Below are positions 45,826 through 53,955 of a DNA stretch of 64,000 nucleotides, one piece after another. The stretch is from the sequence record MZ475892.1; one strand, given 5' to 3'. The notes under the pieces are model-generated. The model worked only from the letters and a program-made list of their open reading frames with translations. It had not been told where the DNA came from and searched no databases. A program made the translations under genes and the position numbers. Positions within the stretch are counted from its first letter, which is position 1. The number at the start of each line of letters is the position of its first letter.

Positions 45826-46533
45826 TTAGGCGCCGTAAGAGGAAGACATTTCGATGATCAGGTAACCTTTATCAGAGGTCGGCGAGTGCTTGATGATGCA
45901 GCCAGTCAGCTCAGTGCCGGTACCGCCGATAGTCAGCATACCGTTCGGGCCCAGGGTAGGATGCAGCACATTGTCAGCAGACCAGTCAACAGACGGGTCG
46001 AACATTGACGTTGCGATGTTACCCAGCTTGATGTAGCCGATACGGCCAACAACGTTTGATGCCAGACCACCGATAGGAGCATCAGCAGTATAAGAACGCG
46101 CTTCGGTAACGGTCAGCTCGTATGCGTACTGAACGTATACGGTTTTGCCAACGTCATCAGCGTGGAAGTACAGGTCAGCGCCATCAACACCAACTTTACC
46201 TACAGCAGACGCTTCGGTATCAGCTTCCTGGTCAGCTTTTTTGCCGTCGATTTTAACGAACAGGCGGCCAGCATCAGGTACGCGAGAAGCGGTGAACTTT
46301 TTGGTAGCGTCGATGGTGAAGGTTTCAACGCGGTTCATGTGCGCAGGCGGCATGTTACGAGCCAGAGCGAAACCAGCGAACACTTCGTTAGCAGCGCCAG
46401 TAGACAGACGCAGGAATGATTGACCGTTTTCACGGGCCCATACCAGCGCAACGCCTTCTTCGTGGATTACTTCGCCCGGCAGCAGGTCAGCTTCCTGGGT
46501 CTGTACAATGTCAGTAGCATTCTGATACAACAT
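45826..46533 (-). CDS. Head decoration/cement-like structural protein
   Basis: Start MLYQ at 46533 (SD GGAG); highly expressed codon style; located between scaffold and MCP. Confidence 0.55.
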   Translation of the reverse strand: MLYQNATDIVQTQEADLLPGEVIHEEGVALVWARENGQSFLRLSTGAANEVFAGFALARNMPPAHMNRVETFTIDATKKFTASRVPDAGRLFVKIDGKKADQEADTEASAVGKVGVDGADLYFHADDVGKTVYVQYAYELTVTEARSYTADAPIGGLASNVVGRIGYIKLGNIATSMFDPSVDWSADNVLHPTLGPNGMLTIGGTGTELTGCIIKHSPTSDKGYLIIEMSSSYGA

Positions 46534-46583
46534 AATTGGAATCTCCAATAAGAGAGTAAAGTTTAACTAGCGTAAGGCCGCTC

Positions 46584-48650
46584 TTATGAGCAGCGCAGAC
46601 GGGCCAGTTTATCTTCGAACGAGTCAGTGGAAGCTGAACTCTGTGATTGAATAGGTGCACTATCTTCGTCACCCAGAAGCTGCGCTGCAACGCTTGGTTG
46701 CTGCGGCTTAACAGGTGCGGTGACCTGCTGTTGAACTACAGGCTGAGCCTGCTGCACGGTACCGGCTGCGGCTTCGATTGACTGTGCAACTTCGTTCTGT
46801 GCAGTTTCAGACATAGACATAAGAGCCTGTGCTTTTGCCAGAGAAGTTGTCAGGAAATCTTTACCATGCGCGATAAACGCGTTTTGAATCAGCGCGTTCG
46901 GGTCTTTGATGCCTGCGGCAGACAGAGAGCGAACGAGAGAATCAACGATCGGGTTACGCACTTCACCCCAGTAGTTTTTGGTGATACCCAGCTGAGCAGA
47001 AGACAGGGCAGCAATCAAACGTTCCTGATGGGAAGCAACAGTGTCGTTGATAGTAGACGATACGCTGGTGGTAGCTTCGTTGATGCGAGCATCAGATTCA
47101 GCAACCAGCAATTTGTCTACAGGCATTTCGATTTGATACGGCATAAAGCCATACGCTTCGACTGTACCTACAACACCGCTTTGAACCAGGCTGTGTGAAA
47201 CGGCACGGATGAAATTATCAGTTGCGAAAGATTTACGCGCAACTTCTTCACCAACAACGTTAGACACAGAGTTGAACGTGGCGCGAGCAACTGGCTGGCC
47301 GTCGTAGTACATGTGTACCGATTCGACTTTACCGCCGTTAGAACGGCTGAGGCTTACCAGGGTCGGGTCCAGTTCGCCGTACTGAGCTTGTACGGTAGAC
47401 AGGCTGTCGAAGGTGCGATTAACGACTTTAGATTCGGAATCGAAGTCTTCGTCGTCGAGGTCGAGATCATCTTCTTCCAGATCTTCGTCATCGTCGAGGT
47501 CTTCGTCTTCATCATCAGCGCCAGACTCAGAATCGAAATCTTCGTCTTCGTCGTCTTCGCCATCCAGATCGTCTTCATCCAGATCTTCGTCGTCGCCTGC
47601 ACCAGATTCGGAGTCGAAATCTTCGTCTTCCAAATCTTCGTCATCTTCGAGGTCTTCGTCGTCTTCGTCGTCCAGATCATCTTCATCCAGATCTTCGTCG
47701 TCGAGGTCATCCTCTTCGTCTTCGTCGAAGTCATCTTCATCGAAGTCGTCTTCATCTTCATCACCATCAGATGATTCAGAATCAAAGTCGTCGTCAGAAT
47801 CTTCGTCTTCGTCGTCGAGGTCCAGATCGTCTTCGTCCAGGATATCAATGTCGCTGTCGCTATCATCGTCACCGGAGTTAGATTCAATCGGCTCGTCGAC
47901 CAGTGCCGCAGAGCAATGCGCACAGAAGACAGGCTCTTCATCGGAGCTTACAGTAAACGGCTGTTCGCATTTAGCGGAGCAGCTATAGATGTGAGCTTCG
48001 ACGGTACCGTCAGCGGCAGCAGAAGACAGAGCAGTAACAGCTTCAGGAGCGTCCTGAGCATCACAGCTATCAACAGCCTGGCCGGTGTACGGGTCGAATT
48101 TGGCAACAGTAGCAGCGTTGAAGCTACCAGTGTTGGACAGCGCTGTGAACGTTTGAGCACCAGACAGGGCCTGCGCGAAGTTGCGTTGAGCTTCTTCGGC
48201 AGTCTCGCCAGTAGCGATCAGGCTCGCGTGTTCAATCTGTTCATCAGCGTTTGCGCTCTCAGCAAGGAACTGTGATACGCGTTCATCAGTGATTTCTGAC
48301 AGGTCAGCAGAGCACGACGGGCAGCAGCCCTGAACGAGCGAAGCACTGTCGCTGATAACGTGGCTACCACAACCATCCAGACAGATAGTGTAATGCGCCT
48401 TCACGTCACCAGCAGAAGACTGAGACTGAACTTCGGCTTTCTCAACCAAATCAGGATGCTCATCCAGCAGTTCGTTACCGCCGGTTGGGTTGTAGAGGTC
48501 AGCGCCACTTTGCGAAGCAAAGCCCACACCGTCAGAAGAACCATAAATCATTAAGTTCTGGCCTAACGCAGTGCGACGAAAGTTCTCTACTGCCTGATTA
48601 TGGTTTTTACCGACACACAGGATACCCGCGAGTTGGGTAATCTTTGGCAT
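46584..48650 (-). CDS. Prohead scaffold/core protein with two Zn-ribbon motifs and a long acidic tract
   Basis: Start MPKITQ at 48650 (SD GAGG); CLDGC..CPSC and CSAKC..CAHC; D/E tract. Confidence 0.65.
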   Translation of the reverse strand: MPKITQLAGILCVGKNHNQAVENFRRTALGQNLMIYGSSDGVGFASQSGADLYNPTGGNELLDEHPDLVEKAEVQSQSSAGDVKAHYTICLDGCGSHVISDSASLVQGCCPSCSADLSEITDERVSQFLAESANADEQIEHASLIATGETAEEAQRNFAQALSGAQTFTALSNTGSFNAATVAKFDPYTGQAVDSCDAQDAPEAVTALSSAAADGTVEAHIYSCSAKCEQPFTVSSDEEPVFCAHCSAALVDEPIESNSGDDDSDSDIDILDEDDLDLDDEDEDSDDDFDSESSDGDEDEDDFDEDDFDEDEEDDLDDEDLDEDDLDDEDDEDLEDDEDLEDEDFDSESGAGDDEDLDEDDLDGEDDEDEDFDSESGADDEDEDLDDDEDLEEDDLDLDDEDFDSESKVVNRTFDSLSTVQAQYGELDPTLVSLSRSNGGKVESVHMYYDGQPVARATFNSVSNVVGEEVARKSFATDNFIRAVSHSLVQSGVVGTVEAYGFMPYQIEMPVDKLLVAESDARINEATTSVSSTINDTVASHQERLIAALSSAQLGITKNYWGEVRNPIVDSLVRSLSAAGIKDPNALIQNAFIAHGKDFLTTSLAKAQALMSMSETAQNEVAQSIEAAAGTVQQAQPVVQQQVTAPVKPQQPSVAAQLLGDEDSAPIQSQSSASTDSFEDKLARLRCS
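47428..47873 (-). repeat. Asp/Glu low-complexity tract punctuated by four DFDSES motifs
   Basis: About 150 aa almost entirely D/E/L/F. Confidence 0.9.
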
Positions 48651-48695
48651 GGTTAAAACCCTCATAAGGAATGAAGTCGTTGAATCGACAGGTTG

Positions 48696-48703
48696 AAATT
48701 AAC
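48696..48703 (-). promoter_or_regulatory. GTTAATTT, variant of the late promoter
   Basis: One mismatch to GCTAATTT, intergenic, 46 nt upstream of the scaffold ATG. Confidence 0.45.
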
Positions 48704-48728
48704 GAAAGCAGAAAAATTTAAGGTATTT

Positions 48729-49859
48729 TTAGACTTTTCTGCTATCAATATCTGACTGAGGAATATAGCGATTTTCGAAGTATTTATTCACTACTTCGAC
48801 ACCGTTTAGCGTATAAACGTTACGCAAACTATCTCCCCATACCATTAGTTCTGCCAGCGTTGCAAAGTGCTCCGTAGGCACGGATTTAATGGTCAGTGCA
48901 TTGTTCGAATCAGGATGGATTCGCTTACCACGAATGGCCTGATCAAACTTCATACGGTCTACGTTACGCAGCATAGTATGGTCCACAAAGTGAGCCAATT
49001 CATGCGTCATAACGTGGGCCATACTTTTGCTGTTATATCCACCCAGCAGACGAACAAGCTGTTGTGGACTAATAGCGATAACACCGTACATAAAGCCACG
49101 AATCATGTACGTGCTAATGTGAGAACCACCTACATCGTTACCTTCCTGCCCGCCCAGAATAGAAACGTACAGACGCTTAAACGGCAGATTAACGTTCAGC
49201 CCTACAGCAGGCATTACGTTGTCCTGGATATCCTTTAGCACGAATGCTGGTGGGCTAACACCGTTGACTGAGATGTTTAGGCCAGGGATATTCAGCTCAT
49301 CTGCACCACGCACTTCGAGATGTACCGTACCACATTTAGGCAGTGGTTGAATTGCGTAGTTGTTTGGAGTACCACCAGCATAAGCAATATCAGAGTATTG
49401 CAGAGGCGTGAATTTACCGAACTGAGGCCTGTCAAGTTCTCGACGTTGACGCGCTTCTTTGGACGCACGATCATCATCGATAGGAGTATCAACAGGAGGT
49501 TTTGGCTCAGGTTCAGGCGGTGGGATTGGCACTTCGGCAGCGGCAGGTTTTGGAACTTTCGCAGGCTTAGGCACTTTGACAGGCTTAGGCTTAACAGACT
49601 TCTCCTCGAGTGGAGTAAAGTCAAAGCTATCAAACAACGCATCAGGCTGAGCAGCAAAAGGCCTGCTATTAGCCAGTATCATTCCAGCGCTCTCCCCGCT
49701 GATTGCAACAGCTTGAGGGTACTTAGGGTGAGCGATGTAATAGAGGTCATCGTTAACTTGATGGAGACCTACGACCTCGCGTGGCTGCATACGCACACCA
49801 TTTGAAATCATAGTATCTCCACCTAAGTAACGGACGAATTTGTAGTCCGTTACATCCAT
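48729..49859 (-). CDS. HExxH zinc-metalloprotease-like protein
   Basis: Start MDVTDY at 49859 (TAATG coupling); VMTHELAHFVDH...EHFA; Pro-rich linker. Confidence 0.65.
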   Translation of the reverse strand: MDVTDYKFVRYLGGDTMISNGVRMQPREVVGLHQVNDDLYYIAHPKYPQAVAISGESAGMILANSRPFAAQPDALFDSFDFTPLEEKSVKPKPVKVPKPAKVPKPAAAEVPIPPPEPEPKPPVDTPIDDDRASKEARQRRELDRPQFGKFTPLQYSDIAYAGGTPNNYAIQPLPKCGTVHLEVRGADELNIPGLNISVNGVSPPAFVLKDIQDNVMPAVGLNVNLPFKRLYVSILGGQEGNDVGGSHISTYMIRGFMYGVIAISPQQLVRLLGGYNSKSMAHVMTHELAHFVDHTMLRNVDRMKFDQAIRGKRIHPDSNNALTIKSVPTEHFATLAELMVWGDSLRNVYTLNGVEVVNKYFENRYIPQSDIDSRKV

Positions 49860-50638
49860 TAACGCATCCGCAGCAGGTGTTCTTTGTACGTTGCAGCACA
49901 AGCAAATGCTGGGTCATCCACAGAGCTACACTCGAAACCAGTGAGACCCTTACAGTCACGATACACCAGGCGGCCTGTACGTGCATCCAAATACGTAGGC
50001 TTGTTGAACGCTGTGTGCGAACAGAAGTTACGATTCTTCGGCGTTACCATCTGACCACAGATACTGCATTTATAAGCACGGTAGGTTGTGCCCTTGCTGT
50101 ACGTGTTCAGTTCACCGCTGAGAATACGGTCACAACGTTCCTTACAGCGCGTGCGGTCAAACGCCAGCAACAGAGTCAGACGCGCATGATTGCCACGGAA
50201 GTTTTTCAGCTTAGACAGGTTCGAGTCAAAGATCATGCCCATTGCTTGACGATAGTCTTTGTTGTTGTGCTCGATAAACGTCGGCTTACCAATGAACGTC
50301 TGATATGCAAGGCGTCCTTGATCAGGGTTAAACGTCAACCATTCCTGTAAGCTGAATGCATCACCGTTAGTGTTCGGCAACTCCGTGATGTTTACCACAA
50401 CAGGCGCAATGATATAGTCACGGATATCACGCGAGGTGTTGTACATCTCAGCAGCTTTAGGCAGCCACACGTTAACGTCGAGGTTAAAAGATCCCGTCTC
50501 AATACCGAAACGCGAAGCATCAACACGAATAGACTTAGCGTTTCGGCTAACATCTTCTTTGTGCATATCAATCGCGTTCAGTCCGACGAGGCCCATGTCT
50601 GAGGTATCAAACGACTCAGACTTGATGAGCTGGGTCAT
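49859..50638 (-). CDS. Prohead maturation protease
   Basis: NTNGDAF...TFIGKPTFIEH...YSKG plus CSICG..CSH, resembling phage capsid maturation proteases; upstream of scaffold and MCP. Confidence 0.75.
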   Translation of the reverse strand: MTQLIKSESFDTSDMGLVGLNAIDMHKEDVSRNAKSIRVDASRFGIETGSFNLDVNVWLPKAAEMYNTSRDIRDYIIAPVVVNITELPNTNGDAFSLQEWLTFNPDQGRLAYQTFIGKPTFIEHNNKDYRQAMGMIFDSNLSKLKNFRGNHARLTLLLAFDRTRCKERCDRILSGELNTYSKGTTYRAYKCSICGQMVTPKNRNFCSHTAFNKPTYLDARTGRLVYRDCKGLTGFECSSVDDPAFACAATYKEHLLRMR

Positions 50639-50648
50639 CGTGTTCTCC

Positions 50649-51065
50649 CTATTGGAAATTGTTTATGTTATCAAGGCCGCAATTGGCTAGACGCACATGC
50701 GACTCAGGCACCTCGAAGATTTGAGAGCAACCCAAGTCGGTCAGTTGATATATCAATCGTCCATTAGAAATTATTGCGTTTTCAACATAGGCAGCAACTT
50801 CTGTACCATCTTCTTGCTTGACCATAACTTCAACGCCAGGATAGAATACGTCGAAACTCTTGGAGCTAAAGATAGGTCGAACAATGTCGGTCTCTGCAAC
50901 AGGATGCTGGGCATAGCGCGTTTGAATCATATACAGCGCACAGTCACCGCTGATCAGGATAGTATTGATTGTGCCACGCAGATTGTACGGAGCACCCTGA
51001 GCAGTAGTGCCAGCAACGAACGTGACAATATCACCGATGTTATACGCAAACGAGAACTGAGCCAT
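50649..51065 (-). CDS. Hypothetical protein with two small SH3/Tudor-like repeats
   Basis: Start MAQFSF at 51065; YNIGDIV... and FYPGVEV... halves. Confidence 0.5.
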   Translation of the reverse strand: MAQFSFAYNIGDIVTFVAGTTAQGAPYNLRGTINTILISGDCALYMIQTRYAQHPVAETDIVRPIFSSKSFDVFYPGVEVMVKQEDGTEVAAYVENAIISNGRLIYQLTDLGCSQIFEVPESHVRLANCGLDNINNFQ

Positions 51066-51066
51066 G

Positions 51067-51921
51067 TTAACCTCGAAGTGCACCACGCGCCCAAGACTTA
51101 GCGAGAGCCAGAGTCATACGGCTAGGGTTCTGGAGTTTGACTTCACCCCGATGAACAGCAGTGAACGGTTCATTAGGGTTCTCGCTGCGTCCAGAACGAT
51201 ACGCAGATTCATTGAAGCCATCAAACAAAGTAACCAGCCAGCCAGTTGACTTGTCCGAGCATTCGCCGCACTTGTTGTCCCAGCTAATCTTACCGCATGT
51301 ACGGCCACCAGCATTGATAGCGTATGACACACGGTCTTTGTCTGAGTAAACGTCCTTAGCACGAATGGTCTTGAACGTCACACGAGACGAGGACTCGGAG
51401 CGTGGCATCATGCGTGCTTTAATCGCTTCTGTATCAATAGAGGACCAGAATGATTCAAACAGCATACCCAGCTTCTGATCGATAGGCAGCTTGAGTCCAT
51501 TGATTTGCGCAATGGTACTGGAGCTGTCATTGATAACGCGATTCAGGAAGTAGCCACCAATGATTATCGGCAGCTGTGTTCCCTGTGAGCCTACAGTGAT
51601 ACCAGATTGCTTGCAGTAGATCTCAGACAGACCGACAGCGAGACGCGCAAGAACCTTGAACGTCTCTTTCTCTGTCGTGTTTGCGATTTCAGTATACAGA
51701 CGCGCGGCAATGTTCGGCACGACTGTACGCTTGGCAACGCTGGCAATATCTTCGGCTGTGATAGTCTGACCAAGTTTCTTCTTGGCCGCTAACGCAAAGG
51801 CGTTATACAGGCTGGCTTTGTTCTCCGACGTCAGGGCCTCGTTCAGCTTGCTGATCGTCGTCTCCGCGCTGCTTTTCAGACTCGGAGTTTGAACTGTTTT
51901 GAGTCTCGCAACTTTCGGCAT
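51067..51921 (-). CDS. Hypothetical protein
   Basis: 284 aa; SD AGGAG lies inside the end of the GT gene. Confidence 0.6.
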   Translation of the reverse strand: MPKVARLKTVQTPSLKSSAETTISKLNEALTSENKASLYNAFALAAKKKLGQTITAEDIASVAKRTVVPNIAARLYTEIANTTEKETFKVLARLAVGLSEIYCKQSGITVGSQGTQLPIIIGGYFLNRVINDSSSTIAQINGLKLPIDQKLGMLFESFWSSIDTEAIKARMMPRSESSSRVTFKTIRAKDVYSDKDRVSYAINAGGRTCGKISWDNKCGECSDKSTGWLVTLFDGFNESAYRSGRSENPNEPFTAVHRGEVKLQNPSRMTLALAKSWARGALRG

Positions 51922-53035
51922 TGGAGTTTTTCTCCTGGTTGAGGGCTTGCTTCGCTAAAATCCCAAGCAGGCCAGAGGCTTTGATTTCTGTCTCAACGTC
52001 AAGCCCACGATGCAGACTGAGTTGAGCTAAATAGTTCAATGCAGGTTCGACCATATTAAGATTACGACAACCCCAATAGGCGCATTCGTAACATAAGTCT
52101 AAATTAACAGAGGTCTGGTCAAACAAGAAACTTTTTGGATTCTGTTGCGCAACAGACAGTCCCTGTATAGCCATGCCCACAGAGTTGATCATATCGTCAC
52201 GGCGATAGAAAATATCAGACAGCATCGCGTAGCACTCAATACGATCAGAGCGGGCTGCAATAGCACGGTAGCAGCAGTTAACGGCTTCCTGAATAAAGCC
52301 CTGCTTGAACGTTGCTTTTGACAGTTCCAGATTAGCCACAGCAACATAGTCAGACCACGTTGCGAGTTTGGTGAGACGTGCCACTTCGGCGCGTGCATCA
52401 TCAAGCAGGTCAGCACGGTCATAGTATGCAACCGAGTAGCACAGCTCACGCGCATAATAGAACGAGCAGCGCTGGTCACGAGGCCAATCGCCCGCATCAC
52501 GCGCCAGCTCCATGAGATAACCACGAGGCTTAGTGTGATCTGGGAAATGGTCAGTAGCGAACTCAGCACGCACAGTATGCGGTGGGTTACCTTCACGAAT
52601 ACGCATCAACACTTCATGCGCACGGTAACGCCACGTATATGCTCGACTCTTGTATGCTTTCATCTGGTCATACTGGCTATCGCCGTTACGCATCAGAATC
52701 CAAACACCATCAGCCTGTTCAATGTCAGGCATCTGACGTAACTTCTCAACCCAATCTGGATCGTCGAAGCGTTCATCAATGTCCAGCCAAACGATTAAAT
52801 CATCTTCATGGAATGGCGCAGCGGCCAGGTCGCGACTAGCACCCAGATTGCGTTCTTCGGAGATGTCCGTAGAGTGATACAGCGCTGGGTGCGCGAACTC
52901 GGAAACAATCTGAGTCGTTGCATCAATGCTGCCTGTGTCCACGATACTGATAGCATCAGCAGCAGACACATGCTTCAACCACTCGGCCATATTCTTTTCT
53001 TCATCACGGCAGATAGCCGCTACGCAAATTCTCAT
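51803..53035 (-). CDS. GT2-family glycosyltransferase with TPR-like C-terminal region
   Basis: ICVAAICRDEEKNM...IVDTGSIDAT, WLDIDE, WRYRAHE, FYYARE, helical repeats. Confidence 0.85.
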   Translation of the reverse strand: MRICVAAICRDEEKNMAEWLKHVSAADAISIVDTGSIDATTQIVSEFAHPALYHSTDISEERNLGASRDLAAAPFHEDDLIVWLDIDERFDDPDWVEKLRQMPDIEQADGVWILMRNGDSQYDQMKAYKSRAYTWRYRAHEVLMRIREGNPPHTVRAEFATDHFPDHTKPRGYLMELARDAGDWPRDQRCSFYYARELCYSVAYYDRADLLDDARAEVARLTKLATWSDYVAVANLELSKATFKQGFIQEAVNCCYRAIAARSDRIECYAMLSDIFYRRDDMINSVGMAIQGLSVAQQNPKSFLFDQTSVNLDLCYECAYWGCRNLNMVEPALNYLAQLSLHRGLDVETEIKASGLLGILAKQALNQEKNSNAESCETQNSSNSESEKQRGDDDQQAERGPDVGEQSQPV

Positions 53036-53046
53036 GAGTGCCTCTT

Positions 53047-53955
53047 TTATACAAGAACGTTACCGCTATCCCACCACTTCTTGCCATAGATTTCAGACAG
53101 GCGGTAGTCAAGCACGATTGGTTGGTCAAGATCGACCTGAAGGATATCGCGACCTAGTGCAGCGCTATAAACTGTTTTCTCCTCAGTGTATACGCGTATC
53201 TCTAGTTCCATGTCGCCTTGCGAATACTTGGGAACGAACGGCACATTCAGATCGCCGTTGAACCCCTGACCGAGCGTATCGTCAAAGTAAGTAGACATAC
53301 GAATCTCGGTACCCTGATTGATAATGGTGGGTGCATACACCATGCGATTGTTATACGCCGTGTAGTCGGCCACCGTGGACTGTTGAATCAGGCGGCGCTT
53401 ATAGATGCGCGTTACGCCTTTGTCATCCACTACCGTACGATACTGATTGTAGAACCAGTTGATCTCATAGAACTTAACTGGCTTGAGGCCAGCAGATGAA
53501 ACCAACGAGGCAGTCATACGGTGATAGGTCTTCTCCGTATTCAGACGATAGAGCAGAATCTTAAACGCGTACCATTGGTAAACGTCTAACGTGATTGAGC
53601 CTGCATCTGATTGCTGAGTACCGTTGGTGAGGATATACGAGAAGCAATCGCCACCAACATAACCACTACGGGGATCGTAAATGAACGCATCACTAAAGCT
53701 ATTCAGTTCGACAGTACCCAACAGTGGGTCGCTCACTTTGATTGCAGCAAGGCGCCAACCACGCTGGGCTGGAACCTTGTCGAGAACGCCTTCTGTGGGA
53801 CTGTGACCTGTTAACTCGTCGCGTGCGCCTTGCAGAATCTGATCGATAGTGATTTCAGTTTTACCTGAGTTCTTCACACGTATCGTTCTGTTTGGTGCTA
53901 TTGGCTTATAGTTGCGCCAGTAGTCAAACGTACAAGGCAAAGAGAGCATAGTCAC
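53047..53955 (-). CDS. Virion protein with Ig/cadherin-like (Big_9-type) domain
   Basis: GTVELNSFSDAFIYDPRSGYVGGDCFSYILTNG. Confidence 0.65.
   Translation of the reverse strand: MTMLSLPCTFDYWRNYKPIAPNRTIRVKNSGKTEITIDQILQGARDELTGHSPTEGVLDKVPAQRGWRLAAIKVSDPLLGTVELNSFSDAFIYDPRSGYVGGDCFSYILTNGTQQSDAGSITLDVYQWYAFKILLYRLNTEKTYHRMTASLVSSAGLKPVKFYEINWFYNQYRTVVDDKGVTRIYKRRLIQQSTVADYTAYNNRMVYAPTIINQGTEIRMSTYFDDTLGQGFNGDLNVPFVPKYSQGDMELEIRVYTEEKTVYSAALGRDILQVDLDQPIVLDYRLSEIYGKKWWDSGNVLV

Noticed and set aside
47428-47873. CRISPR-like or satellite DNA repeats
   Set aside because: The TCTTCGTC periodicity is codon-level D/E low complexity inside a CDS; there are no constant repeats with unique spacers and no cas genes.
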